From Candidatus Aminicenantes bacterium (GTDB lineage: Bacteria; Acidobacteriota; Aminicenantia; Aminicenantales; Saccharicenantaceae), in contig JAXDAV010000032.1 in NCBI GenBank assembly GCA_034679465.1, positions 59,247 to 123,246 on the forward strand: 64,000 nucleotides of DNA, written 5' to 3'. Below are positions 26,743 through 36,533 of the stretch, in pieces (within the stretch, counting starts at the first letter, position 1; each line of letters begins with the position of its first letter). The position numbers and the translations under genes are program-made. The notes under the pieces were generated by a model. That model did no database searches, was not told the DNA's origin, and saw nothing but the letters and a program-made list of their open reading frames with translations.

Positions 26743-28452
26743 ATGAAAACCATGAAAAGACGGGACTTCCTTCAGGGCGCGGTCAAGACGGCGGTGGCGG
26801 CCTCGGCTGGAGGGGCCGGCCTCCTCCTCCGGGGTTGCTCCAAGGGCCGGGAATTCGACCTGCTCATCGCCGGCGGGACGATCTTCGACGGGACGGGCGG
26901 GCCGCCTTTCCGGGCCGACGTGGGCGTCTCGGGCGACACGATCCGGGCGATCGGCCGGATCGCGAGGTCCCGGGCCGCGGCGGTGATCGAGGCCGACGGG
27001 CTGGCCGTCTCGCCCGGCTTCGTCGACGTCCACGACCACACCGACACCGGCCTGCTCGTCAATCCCAAGGCCGAAAGCGCGGTCCGCCAGGGCGTGACCA
27101 CGCTGGTCAGCGGCCAGTGCGGCGGCTCTCCCTTCCCCCTGACGGACAAGGACGCGGAGGCGTTGGCCCGCCGGCTGGCCGAGGAGCACGGTCTCCAGGG
27201 GGGCTGGCGCGATATCCGGGGCTTTCTCGCGCGGATCGAAGAGGCCGGCACGGCCGTCAACTACACCACGTTCGTCGGCCACGGCACCGTTCGTTCGGCC
27301 GCCATGGGCAACGACGACAGGCCGGCCACGGCCGGGGAGCTCGAGAAGATGAAGGCCTACGTGGCCGAGGCCATGGCCGGCGGGGCCCTGGGCCTGTCGT
27401 CGGGACTCGAATACGCGCCCGGCAGCTTCGGCTCGACCGAGGAGCTCATCGAGCTCAGCCGGGTGGCCGCCCGGACCGGCGGCGTCTATGCGACCCACAT
27501 GCGGGACGAAGAGACCTTCATCCTCGAGGCGGTCGAGGAGGCCCTGCGCATCGCCAGGGAGACGCCCATCCGTCTTCAGATCTCCCACCTCAAGGTCGGG
27601 CTCGCGCCGAACTGGCCGAAGATCGAGCCGCTCCTGGACATGCTGGAGAAGGCCCGGGCGGAGGGGCTCGATTTCCGGGCCGACCGCTACCCGTATATCG
27701 CCAGCGCGACCGGCCTGGCCACGATCTTCCCGATCTGGGCGCGGGCGGGCGGCGCCGAGGGCTTCGTTGCCAGGCTCAAGGACCCGGCCCACGACGCCCG
27801 CATCCGGGCCCACATCGCCGGGCAGGAGCGAGACTACGGCTCGTGGGACAAGATCCTCATCTCCGAGGTGGGCTCGGACAAGAACCGCGCGCTCGAGGGG
27901 ACGACCGTCCTCGAAGCGGCCCAAAGGGCCGGGAAGGCCCCCTACGAGTTCATGCGCGACCTCATCGTCGAGGAGTCCAACCGCGTGGGCATGGTCGCCT
28001 TCTACGGGAACGAGGAGATCCTCGAGCGGATCCTGGCCCGCCCGTACATCGGGATCGGGGCGGACGGCAGCGCCGTCGCGCCCTACGGGGCTTTGAGCAA
28101 AGGGAAGCCCCATCCCCGGACCTACGGGACCTATCCCCGGGCCCTCGGCAGGTATGTCCGCGAAGAAAGGATGGTGCCGCTCGAGGAGATGGTCCGGAAA
28201 ATCACGGCCATGCCGGCCGCCCAGATGGGCTTCGTCCGCCGGGGCCTGCTCAAGGCCGGCTGGGCCGCCGACGTCTGCGTCTTCGACCCCGACCGGATCA
28301 TCGACAAGGCGACCTTCAAGGACCCGGCGGTCTACCCGGAAGGCGTCCACAAGGTCATCGTGAACGGCCAGCTCGTCGTCGACGAGGGGACGCACACCGG
28401 GCGCCTCCCGGGGCGGGTTCTGAGGAAGAACGAGCGGGGGGCGGTGGCGTGA
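26743..28452 (+). CDS. D-aminoacylase family amidohydrolase (N-acyl-D-amino acid deacylase-like) with Tat signal
   Basis: Tat motif MKRRDFLQGAV. Metal-dependent amidohydrolase ligands (FVDVHDHTD...) and overall similarity to the D-aminoacylase family. Confidence 0.75.
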   Translation: MKTMKRRDFLQGAVKTAVAASAGGAGLLLRGCSKGREFDLLIAGGTIFDGTGGPPFRADVGVSGDTIRAIGRIARSRAAAVIEADGLAVSPGFVDVHDHTDTGLLVNPKAESAVRQGVTTLVSGQCGGSPFPLTDKDAEALARRLAEEHGLQGGWRDIRGFLARIEEAGTAVNYTTFVGHGTVRSAAMGNDDRPATAGELEKMKAYVAEAMAGGALGLSSGLEYAPGSFGSTEELIELSRVAARTGGVYATHMRDEETFILEAVEEALRIARETPIRLQISHLKVGLAPNWPKIEPLLDMLEKARAEGLDFRADRYPYIASATGLATIFPIWARAGGAEGFVARLKDPAHDARIRAHIAGQERDYGSWDKILISEVGSDKNRALEGTTVLEAAQRAGKAPYEFMRDLIVEESNRVGMVAFYGNEEILERILARPYIGIGADGSAVAPYGALSKGKPHPRTYGTYPRALGRYVREERMVPLEEMVRKITAMPAAQMGFVRRGLLKAGWAADVCVFDPDRIIDKATFKDPAVYPEGVHKVIVNGQLVVDEGTHTGRLPGRVLRKNERGAVA

Positions 28453-29357
28453 GGCTCCACGGGCCGGGCCGGCGGCCGGCCGGGCCCGTCCTCGCTCTCG
28501 CCGCCTGGATCGCCGGGGTCGGCATGATGCGGGGCGGACAGGCCCCCGAGGTCCCGGCCGGGCCCGTCGTCCGGCTGAGCTACCGGGCTCTTCAGCCCGG
28601 GGAGCCCGTCATCATCCATCTCGACGCCGGCCCCGGGGTCCGGTCGGCCACGGTGAGCCTGTTGGGCCGGACGGCCGAGCTGAGGCCGGCCCCGGACGGC
28701 CGGAGCGTCTTCGCCTTTCTGGGGATCGACGTCCAAACCAAGCCGGGGACCCAGATCCTGACCGTTCGAGTGCTCAAGACCGGGGGCCAGGTCGAAAAGA
28801 TCGACAAGGAGCTCCTCGTCGTCGAGCGCAAGTTCCCCTCGACCAAGCTGACGCTCGACCCCAACTATGTGACCCCGCCGGCGTCCCTCCAGGCCAGGAT
28901 CAAGCGGGAGGCCGAGCTGGTCGCCCTGGCGATGAGCGTCGTCACGCCGGAATGGCTCGGCGACGGGCCGTTCGTCCTTCCGCATCCGGCGCCGTCGTGG
29001 GCCAACTTCGGCCAGAGGCGGCTCAACAACAACGTCCTGCAGTCCCTTCACACGGGCCTCGATCTCCGGGTGCCGTTCGGCGAGCCGATCGAAGCGACGA
29101 ACGCCGGGCGGGTGGCCCTGGCCGCCGACCTCTACTTGGGCGGCAAGACGGTCATCATCGACCACGGCCTCGGCGTCTTCAGCTCGTACGGCCATCTGTC
29201 GGAGCTCCTCGTCAAGAGGGGAGAGGACGTGAAGAAAGGCCGGGCGGTCGGCCTCTGCGGCACGACCGGCCGCTCGACCGGCCCCCACCTCCACTGGGCC
29301 TTCCGGATCCTCGACGCCCGCGTCGACCCCGAGGCCATGCTCCGCCTGCCCTTGTAG
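28449..29357 (+). CDS. M23 family metallopeptidase (LytM-like) with N-terminal signal anchor
   Basis: HTGLDLRVPFGEPIEA...IIDHGLGVFSSYGHL...GPHLHWA are M23 zinc-ligand motifs. The GTG start overlaps the upstream stop (GTGA). The N-terminal hydrophobic segment is PVLALAAWIAGVG. Confidence 0.7.
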   Translation: MRLHGPGRRPAGPVLALAAWIAGVGMMRGGQAPEVPAGPVVRLSYRALQPGEPVIIHLDAGPGVRSATVSLLGRTAELRPAPDGRSVFAFLGIDVQTKPGTQILTVRVLKTGGQVEKIDKELLVVERKFPSTKLTLDPNYVTPPASLQARIKREAELVALAMSVVTPEWLGDGPFVLPHPAPSWANFGQRRLNNNVLQSLHTGLDLRVPFGEPIEATNAGRVALAADLYLGGKTVIIDHGLGVFSSYGHLSELLVKRGEDVKKGRAVGLCGTTGRSTGPHLHWAFRILDARVDPEAMLRLPL

Positions 29358-29433
29358 GGCCGAGGGAATCGCCGGGGAACCAAATCCGTTGCGCCCCGTA
29401 TGTCATAGGGATTAAACTGTCGTCTGTGATGAG

Positions 29434-30345
29434 ATGAGCATCGAAGTCAAGGACCTGAGCTTCCGCTACGGGAAGATCGTCGCCCTCGACGGCGTCAGCA
29501 TGAGCCTGGGGCAGGGCGCCGTGGGCCTCCTCGGCCCGAACGGGGCCGGCAAGAGCACGCTCCTGCGCATCCTCCTCGGCTTCCTCGTCCCGGATCGCGG
29601 CCAGGGCCGCGTCCTGGGATACGACATCCGGCGCGAACAGGCCCTGATCCGCCGCTCGGTCGGCTACATGCCCGAGAGCGACTGCTTCATCGCCGGCATG
29701 GACGCCGTGACCTTCACCGCCTATTTCGGCGAGCTGTCGGGCATGCCCCGCCAGGAGGCCATGAAGCGGGCCCACGAGGTCCTCTTCTACGTCGGCCTCG
29801 GCGAGTCCCGCTACAGGCTCCTCGACACCTATTCGGCCGGCATGAAGCAGCGGCTCAAGCTGGCCCAGGCCCTGGTCCACGACCCCCGGCTGCTGTTCCT
29901 CGACGAGCCGACCTCGAACCTCGATCCGACCGGGCGCATGGAAGTCCTCGAGCTCATCCGCGACATCTCCTCGAACAAGTCCGTCCAGGTCCTGCTGTCG
30001 TCGCACATCCTCGACGACATCGAAGCCCTCTGCGAATCGGTCGTCATCCTCAAGCTCGGGCGGGTCGCCGCCGAAGGCCGGATGGCCGATCTCCGGGCCC
30101 TCGACTTCGCCCTGTACGAGCTCCGCGTCAAGGGCGAGGCCGGGGCCTTCCGCCAGGATCTCGAAGGCCTCGGCGCGAGGGTCAACGAGACCGAGGACGG
30201 CCTGATCAAGGTCTACCTGCCCGAAGCGGGCGACCGGATGGACATCTTCCGGGCCGCGGCCCGGACCGGCGTCCAGGTCCGGGCCTTCGTCAGGAGCCGG
30301 ACCTCGCTCGAGGACCTCTTTGCCGGCGTCGTGGGGGCGGACTGA
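29434..30345 (+). CDS. ABC transporter ATP-binding protein
   Basis: Walker A GPNGAGKST, signature YSAGMKQRL, Walker B LLFLDEPT. Confidence 0.85.
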   Translation: MSIEVKDLSFRYGKIVALDGVSMSLGQGAVGLLGPNGAGKSTLLRILLGFLVPDRGQGRVLGYDIRREQALIRRSVGYMPESDCFIAGMDAVTFTAYFGELSGMPRQEAMKRAHEVLFYVGLGESRYRLLDTYSAGMKQRLKLAQALVHDPRLLFLDEPTSNLDPTGRMEVLELIRDISSNKSVQVLLSSHILDDIEALCESVVILKLGRVAAEGRMADLRALDFALYELRVKGEAGAFRQDLEGLGARVNETEDGLIKVYLPEAGDRMDIFRAAARTGVQVRAFVRSRTSLEDLFAGVVGAD

Positions 30346-31217
30346 TGGCCACGGTCCGGGAAAAGGGCTACAGCCACTGGGAGGGGCGGCTCGAGGAGCG
30401 CCGCTTCCCCTGGTGGCCCATCACCCGGACGGGCATCCTGCTGGCCTTCCGCAAGAAGCGCTTCAAATTCCTCTTCGCCGGCGCGTTCTTCCCGGCGATC
30501 GTCGCCCTCGTCGGCCTCTATGTGTCCGAGCGGCTGGACGACTTCAAGGCCTTCGTCCAGGGCAGCGACCGGCTGATCGACATCGGCCCGAAATACTTCG
30601 CCTCCTATTTCCTGAGCGACTGGCTGGTGTTCATGATTCTCCTCGTCCTGGCCTATGGCGCGGGGGGGCTCATCGCCGACGACCTCAAGCACAGCTCCCT
30701 CCAGCTCTACTTCTCCCGGCCCCTCGGCAAGAAGGACTACCTCGTCGGGAAGATGGCGGTCATCGCCTTCTTCGTCCTCATCTTCACGGCCGTGCCGGGG
30801 CTCGTCCTGGTCGTCTTCAAGCTCATCTTCGCCGGCAGCTTCGAGTTCTTTCTCCTGTACCCCTGGCTGCCCCTGTCCATCCTCGGCTACGCGGCCCTGC
30901 TGACGGCGTTCTTCGGCTTCTATGTCCTCCTCCTGTCGGCCCTGAGCAAGAACTCCCGGTACGTCTTCGTCCTGACGTTCGGGACCTACACTTTCTCCTC
31001 CGTCCTCTACGGCATCCTCAACGGGATCTTCAGGGCCCCGTCCATGGCCTTGTTCTCGATCCCGGCCAATCTCCAGCAGGCCAAGGCCCTTCTCTTCGGC
31101 CTGAAGCCGCCCCACGACGTTCCGGCCGCGTGGTCGCTCGCCGTCCTGGCCGGGATCTGCGCCCTTTCGGCGGTCGTCCTCGGCCGGAAGACCCGCAGCG
31201 TCGAGGTGATCAAGTGA
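30345..31217 (+). CDS. ABC-2 family transporter permease
   Basis: Six predicted TM helices with no other domain. The start overlaps the upstream stop by 1 nt. Confidence 0.65.
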   Translation: MATVREKGYSHWEGRLEERRFPWWPITRTGILLAFRKKRFKFLFAGAFFPAIVALVGLYVSERLDDFKAFVQGSDRLIDIGPKYFASYFLSDWLVFMILLVLAYGAGGLIADDLKHSSLQLYFSRPLGKKDYLVGKMAVIAFFVLIFTAVPGLVLVVFKLIFAGSFEFFLLYPWLPLSILGYAALLTAFFGFYVLLLSALSKNSRYVFVLTFGTYTFSSVLYGILNGIFRAPSMALFSIPANLQQAKALLFGLKPPHDVPAAWSLAVLAGICALSAVVLGRKTRSVEVIK

Positions 31218-32140
31218 GCGCCGTCATCGCCGCGGCCGGCCTGTCCAAGTGGTACGGCAACATCCTCGGCCTCAACGACGTCACGCTCGAGATCGAAGAG
31301 GGCATCACCGGGCTCCTCGGCCCGAACGGCGCGGGCAAATCGACCTTCATGAAGCTCGTCACCGGCCAGCTGAAGCCCAACATCGGCGCCGTGACGGTCC
31401 GCGGCCGGAAGGTCTGGAACGAGCCGGAGACCTTCCGCGGCATCGGGTTCTGCGCCGAACAGGACGTCTTCTACGAGGACATCACCGGCTGGGAGTTCCT
31501 CACGGGCCTGCTCCGGTTCTACGGCTACGGGGCGTCCGAGATCAAGGCCCGGGCGGCCAGGGCCCTCGACATCGTCGATCTCACCGAGCACAGGGACCGG
31601 CTCATCCGCGGCTACAGCCGGGGCATGCGCCAGAGGATCAAGTTCGCCCAGGCCGTGGCCCACGATCCAGACATCCTCATCCTCGACGAGCCGCTCAGCG
31701 GGCTCGATCCGCTCGGGAAGCGGAAGCTCATCCGGCTCATCAAGGACTTCAAGAGCCAGGGCCGCACGGTCCTCGTCTCGAGCCACGTCCTGCCGGAGAT
31801 CGAGGCCCTGACCTCGCGGATCGTCCTCATCCACCAGGGCAAGATCCTGGCCCAGGGCGACATCCCCTATATCCGCGAGCTCATCGAGAAGCACCCGCAC
31901 CAGATCTCGGTGCGCTCGAGCGACCCGCGGGCGCTGGCTGCCCGCTTCGTCGGCGACCGGTCCATCCAGAAGATGACCTTCGACCCCGACGGCCGCACGG
32001 TCGTCGTGGAGACGCACAAGCGGGACGAGTTCTTCGGCCGGCTGACGGGCATCGTCCTCGAGGCCGGCATCGAGGTGGACGAGATCTCGTCGCCGGACGA
32101 CAACCTCCAGTCCGTCTTCGAGTACCTGGTGGAGAGGTGA
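31214..32140 (+). CDS. ABC transporter ATP-binding protein (second copy)
   Basis: Walker A GPNGAGKST, signature YSRGMRQRI, Walker B ILILDEP. The GTG start overlaps the upstream stop (GTGA). Confidence 0.8.
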   Translation: MSAVIAAAGLSKWYGNILGLNDVTLEIEEGITGLLGPNGAGKSTFMKLVTGQLKPNIGAVTVRGRKVWNEPETFRGIGFCAEQDVFYEDITGWEFLTGLLRFYGYGASEIKARAARALDIVDLTEHRDRLIRGYSRGMRQRIKFAQAVAHDPDILILDEPLSGLDPLGKRKLIRLIKDFKSQGRTVLVSSHVLPEIEALTSRIVLIHQGKILAQGDIPYIRELIEKHPHQISVRSSDPRALAARFVGDRSIQKMTFDPDGRTVVVETHKRDEFFGRLTGIVLEAGIEVDEISSPDDNLQSVFEYLVER

Positions 32141-32141
32141 C

Positions 32142-32933
32142 ATGACCGCCGCGAGCGCCGTCCGCCAGGTCTTCGGCTTCTTCGCCTTCCTCGGCGCGAG
32201 GACCGGCAAGACGCGCGTCTTCGCCGTCCTCGGGCTCATCCCCGTCGCCCTGGCCGTCGTCGCGCGCGTCTTCCTGCGCGGCCGGGCCGGGCTCATGGCC
32301 GACGTCTCGACCGAGATCCTGATGGTCTTCTTCCTGCAGTTCTATGTCGTCATCCTGGCCCTCTTCTACGGCACGTCGGTCGCGGCCGAAGAGGTCGAGA
32401 ACCGGACCTTGTCCTATCTCGTCACCCGGCCGATCCCCAAGTCGTCGATCGTCCTGGGCAAGTTCGCCGCCGCGGCGGCGCTCATGTTCGCGATGGTCGG
32501 CCTCAGCCTGAGCCTGTCCTATTTCATCATCAACGCCGCCCGGCTCGGGGACCCGGCGGTCGCCGGGACGTTCCTCCGCTATCTGGGCGTCCTCGGCCTC
32601 GGGATCCTCGCCTACACGGCCTTCTTCACCTTTCTCGGCACGGTCCTCAAGCGGGCCATCATCGTCGGCCTCGTCTTCGGGTTCGGGTGGGAGAACGTCA
32701 TCCAGTATTTTCCCGGCTCGACGCAGCGGTTCTCCATCGTCCACTACCTGAAATCGCTCCTGCCGTACACGCCGGGGAGCGGTCCGACGGGAAGGGGCGT
32801 CGCGCTCCTGCTCTTCCGGCTGGAGCCCACGTCGCCCGCCGCGGCCGTCCTGGCTCTGGCCGCGATCACGGGCGTGCTGCTGGCGCTGGCCTGCGTCGTT
32901 TTCCGGGCCAAAGAATACCTGCCCGAGGACTAG
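32142..32933 (+). CDS. ABC-2 family transporter permease (second copy)
   Basis: Polytopic membrane protein immediately after the second ATPase. Confidence 0.65.
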   Translation: MTAASAVRQVFGFFAFLGARTGKTRVFAVLGLIPVALAVVARVFLRGRAGLMADVSTEILMVFFLQFYVVILALFYGTSVAAEEVENRTLSYLVTRPIPKSSIVLGKFAAAAALMFAMVGLSLSLSYFIINAARLGDPAVAGTFLRYLGVLGLGILAYTAFFTFLGTVLKRAIIVGLVFGFGWENVIQYFPGSTQRFSIVHYLKSLLPYTPGSGPTGRGVALLLFRLEPTSPAAAVLALAAITGVLLALACVVFRAKEYLPED

Positions 32934-32968
32934 GGCCCGGGGGCCCTGCTTCTTCGCTTCCGCGCGGC

Positions 32969-33970
32969 TCAGTCCTTCCTGGACTTCATGAAGTCGCCGG
33001 CCCTGGATTGGGCCATCTTGCCAAGCTCGTCCATGACCTCGTGGGAGACCCTGATGGCCAGACCGGCGTAGTCCCCGCCCGAGCTGATCGTGATCCCGCT
33101 CAGCAGCTCGGCCAAGGCCGGCTCACCGGCCGCGAACATCTCGGCCATGGCCTTGAAGCCGGTGAGGGCCGACGCGAGGTCGGCGTTCTGTTCCTTGGTG
33201 CCGCCGAGGGCGCGGATGTCGGCGACGAACCCGGAGGGCCGGTCGTCGAAAGCCAGGGTCAGGGCGGTGACACCCGAGAGGACCTTGAGCTGGGGGATCG
33301 CGTCGACGCCCTTCTTGACGAGCTCGGGCGGGATCCGGAAGGCCCCCCAGGCCAGGCCGGACTTGTCGACCTTCTTGAGGATGGCGGCCATCTCCGGGCT
33401 CTTGGCCAGCGGGTCCGCTTTCTTTTGGGCGACGTCGATGACTTCCCTGATGCCTTTTTCGGTGCCCAGGACGATGTGGGAGGCGTCGAGGAAGGCGACC
33501 TGGGTCTTCGACCTGTTCTCCGGGCCTTCGATATCGGAATAGATGGTCACGCCGTTGTAGAGCGTTTCCTTGGCCTGGGGCGCCTCGGCCTTGATCAGGC
33601 CCTGAAGCCTGGCCTGGTCGTATTTCAGGTTGATGATGACGGCCCCGTCCACGCCGGCGAGGCCGCTCGGCAGCGACCCCCCCAGGCCCAGCCCGATGTA
33701 GGCGATGTCCTTGAGCGGATCGATCCCGCTCGTCGCGACGAATTCGTCGTATTTGGCCTTGCCCTCGGGGTCCTGGAGGGCCTTTTGCGCGGCCTCTCCG
33801 GCCATGAGCTTCTTGACGTCGAAGGCCATAACTCCTGTCGCGGACCTGGGCAGCATGGTGACCAGGTCCTCGCCCGCCGCGGCGCCCGACTTGACGGCCG
33901 TGGACGGGGTGCAGGCCGCGTAGGCGGCGGCGAGAACGAGGGCCAAACAGAAAGACAGAGCTCTTTTCAT
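32969..33970 (-). CDS. putative lipoprotein, hypothetical
   Basis: Start at the ATG encoding MKRALSFCLALVLAAAYAACTP (signal peptide plus Cys), with GGAGG 9 nt upstream. The upstream part of the listed ORF is artefact. Confidence 0.55.
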   Translation of the reverse strand: MKRALSFCLALVLAAAYAACTPSTAVKSGAAAGEDLVTMLPRSATGVMAFDVKKLMAGEAAQKALQDPEGKAKYDEFVATSGIDPLKDIAYIGLGLGGSLPSGLAGVDGAVIINLKYDQARLQGLIKAEAPQAKETLYNGVTIYSDIEGPENRSKTQVAFLDASHIVLGTEKGIREVIDVAQKKADPLAKSPEMAAILKKVDKSGLAWGAFRIPPELVKKGVDAIPQLKVLSGVTALTLAFDDRPSGFVADIRALGGTKEQNADLASALTGFKAMAEMFAAGEPALAELLSGITISSGGDYAGLAIRVSHEVMDELGKMAQSRAGDFMKSRKD

Positions 33971-34139
33971 CACCTGAACCTCCTCGAGAGTCGATGTTTC
34001 CCTATCTGGACTATACCATCTTCGACCCGGCCGGGCAAACCCGCGGGTCGGCGGGGAGAGAACGCGGGGGCTGACGGGCGGGGGGCATCCGGTTGCCGGG
34101 CGCGGCGTTTTGTTATAATTTGGCGAGGATGAGGTACAA

Positions 34140-34721
34140 ATGAGCGAAGAGACCAGTGCCCCCGGACCCACGCCCTTCCAGCGGATCCTGGCCGGCCGCC
34201 GGAGCATCCGCCGCTATCTGACGACGCCGGTCGAGCCGGACAAGCTCCGGGCCTGCCTCGAGGCCGCCCGGATCGCGCCCTCGGCCCACAACGCCCAGCC
34301 GTGCCGGATCGTCGTCGTCGACGAGCCCGGGCTCAAGGACCGGCTGGCGGAGAAGGCGTTCTCCGGGCTCTATCGCCGTTCGCGGTTCGCCGCCGCCGCT
34401 CCGGTGATCCTGGTCCTTCTGGCCAAGAAGTCCTTCGTCGCCCACGGCCTCGGCGCCCGGTATCAGAGGATCCCCTACTATTTCGTCGATCTCGGCATCG
34501 CCGGCGAGCACATCGTCCTCCAGGCGGAGGAGCTGGGACTCGCGACGTGCTGGATGGGCTGGTTCAGCCGGCGTCACGCGCGCAGAGTCCTGAGCGTCCC
34601 CCGCCGGCTCAAGATCGTGGCCCTGATGCCCGTCGGCTACGCCGAAAAGAGGCCGACGCGCGAGCCGCCCCGCAAGACCTACGAGGAGATCGTCGCCTTC
34701 AACAGGGTTCCCGCGGATTGA
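34140..34721 (+). CDS. nitroreductase family protein
   Basis: RRSIRRY...APSAHNAQP signature of the nitroreductase fold. Confidence 0.8.
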   Translation: MSEETSAPGPTPFQRILAGRRSIRRYLTTPVEPDKLRACLEAARIAPSAHNAQPCRIVVVDEPGLKDRLAEKAFSGLYRRSRFAAAAPVILVLLAKKSFVAHGLGARYQRIPYYFVDLGIAGEHIVLQAEELGLATCWMGWFSRRHARRVLSVPRRLKIVALMPVGYAEKRPTREPPRKTYEEIVAFNRVPAD

Positions 34722-34732
34722 AAGACCGGACC

Positions 34733-35887
34733 ATGGCCGTTTTCGTCATCATCGCGCTCAGCGTCTACGGCCTCGTCAACTTCTACATCATCCGCCGCGG
34801 CGCCCAAGCCCTGGCGCCCGTCCCTGGGGCCCGCACGGTCTTCCTCGTCCTCTTCATCGGCCTGGCGCTCCTCTTCCCGCTGGGCCGCATCCTCATGAGC
34901 TTCGCCCGGGGCGGCCTGGTCTCGCTCCTGGTCGAGGTGGGGACGTTCCACCTGGCCGTCATGCTCTACGGCTTCATGGCCGTGCTGGCCGTGGACCTCG
35001 TGCGCCTGGCCAATACGGTCGCGCGGATCCTGCCCGCGGGCCTGGCCGGCGGGGGGGCGAGGCCGGGTCCGGCCGTCTTCGCCGCCGTCGCGGGCGCCGT
35101 CGGCCTCACCGTCGCCTACGGGGCCTGGAACGCGACGCGCCTGCGGACCGTCGACCTCGACCTTCACCTTCCGGCCCAAGCGGGCGCCGCGGGCGCGCTG
35201 ACCGTGGTCGCGGCCTCCGACCTCCACCTCGGAACGATTGTGGGTCCGCGCCGCCTCGAGAAAGTCGTCGAGCGGATGGCCGCCCTCGGACCCGACGTCG
35301 TCCTCTTCGCCGGCGACATCGTCGACGAGACCGTGACCGATGAGATCGAAGCCAAGCTGGGCGGGATCATGCGCCGGCTCCGGGCGCCCCTGGGAGTCTT
35401 CGCCTGCCTGGGGAACCACGAGTCCTACAGCGGGCTCGAGAGGAACGTGGCCTGCCTCGAGTCCTGCGGCGTCACCGTCCTCCAGGACGAGGCGGTCGAG
35501 GTGGCCGGCGCGTTCGTCCTGGCCGGGAGAAGGGACCCGAGCTCACTCGCGGCCGGGGAGCGGCGGCTGTCCCTCCCGGACATCCTCTCCGGGAGCGGCG
35601 TCCGTCGGGACCTGCCCCTGGTCGTCCTCGACCACCAGCCGGTCCGCCTCGAGGAGGCCGAACAGGCCGGCGCCTCCCTCCAGATCTCCGGGCACACCCA
35701 CGACGGGCAGATGTTCCCCATCGATGTCATCAACAGCCTGATCTACGAGCTCAATTGGGGCTCGCTCGACAAAGGCGGCACCCGCTACTATGTGACGAGC
35801 GGCGCGGGAACGTGGGGGCCCCCGGTGCGGATCGGCAGCCGGGCCGAGGTTGTCCGCATCCGGCTCCATTTCGACCGGACGCCCTGA
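34733..35887 (+). CDS. membrane-anchored metallophosphoesterase (calcineurin-like)
   Basis: N-terminal TM helices followed by ASDLHLG...FAGDIVDE...GNHE...GHTHDG phosphoesterase motifs. Confidence 0.75.
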   Translation: MAVFVIIALSVYGLVNFYIIRRGAQALAPVPGARTVFLVLFIGLALLFPLGRILMSFARGGLVSLLVEVGTFHLAVMLYGFMAVLAVDLVRLANTVARILPAGLAGGGARPGPAVFAAVAGAVGLTVAYGAWNATRLRTVDLDLHLPAQAGAAGALTVVAASDLHLGTIVGPRRLEKVVERMAALGPDVVLFAGDIVDETVTDEIEAKLGGIMRRLRAPLGVFACLGNHESYSGLERNVACLESCGVTVLQDEAVEVAGAFVLAGRRDPSSLAAGERRLSLPDILSGSGVRRDLPLVVLDHQPVRLEEAEQAGASLQISGHTHDGQMFPIDVINSLIYELNWGSLDKGGTRYYVTSGAGTWGPPVRIGSRAEVVRIRLHFDRTP

Positions 35888-35914
35888 CGAAGCCGGGCGG
35901 AGAGAGTCGGGGAG

Positions 35915-36463
35915 CTACTTCTTGACCGGGGCGGCCGCGGCCTTGGACTGGTCGTAGCGGCGGACGACCTCGTCGGTGATGTCGATCGTCGGAGAGACGG
36001 TGACGACCCCGCTGTTCTGGGCGTCGAGGACGAGCTCGAGGCCGCGCTCCTTGGCCAGGGCCTCGATGATGGCGACCATCTCGACCTGGATCTTCTGAAG
36101 GACGTTGGCCGAGAGCTGTTGATAGTCGCGGGCCTGGTCCTCTTCGTAGCGCTTCCTCTTGGTCCTCTCTCTCTCGATGTCGGCCTGGAGGGCCATCAGG
36201 GCTTCGTTGGTCATCGTCAGCCGGCCCGTGTTCAGCCGGTTCTCGAGGAGCCGGATGGAGTCGTCCATCTTCTGGATATCGCCCTTGATCTTGGTTTCGC
36301 GTTCCGTCATCTGGTTCTGGGCCTTCTTGCCCTCGATCGAAGTCGCGAACGCCTTGGCCGAGTCGATGATGGCGATCTTGGCCGTCTGCTGGGCGTAGGA
36401 CGCCGCGGCGACGGCCAGGATGATCAAGACGGCAAGCGGCGCGACGGTCATCATTCTCTTCAT
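35915..36463 (-). CDS. OmpH/Skp family periplasmic chaperone
   Basis: Signal peptide and a coiled-coil-rich body typical of Skp/OmpH. Confidence 0.7.
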   Translation of the reverse strand: MKRMMTVAPLAVLIILAVAAASYAQQTAKIAIIDSAKAFATSIEGKKAQNQMTERETKIKGDIQKMDDSIRLLENRLNTGRLTMTNEALMALQADIERERTKRKRYEEDQARDYQQLSANVLQKIQVEMVAIIEALAKERGLELVLDAQNSGVVTVSPTIDITDEVVRRYDQSKAAAAPVKK

Positions 36464-36533
36464 GAGAGGCCTCCTATGGTCCTATTCCTTTGAACTCGTT
36501 CCGTCCAGGAATGGATTCGCTATCTTAGCACGA

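Noticed and set aside
26290-28395. 701-aa ORF antisense to the D-aminoacylase gene
   Set aside because: Arg/Gly/Pro/Asp-rich and motif-free. The sense frame has amidohydrolase motifs and a Tat signal.
26835-29357. 840-aa ORF spanning the amidohydrolase and M23 peptidase genes
   Set aside because: Only the C-terminal 303 codons, from GTG 28449, encode the M23 peptidase. The rest is off-frame to the amidohydrolase gene.
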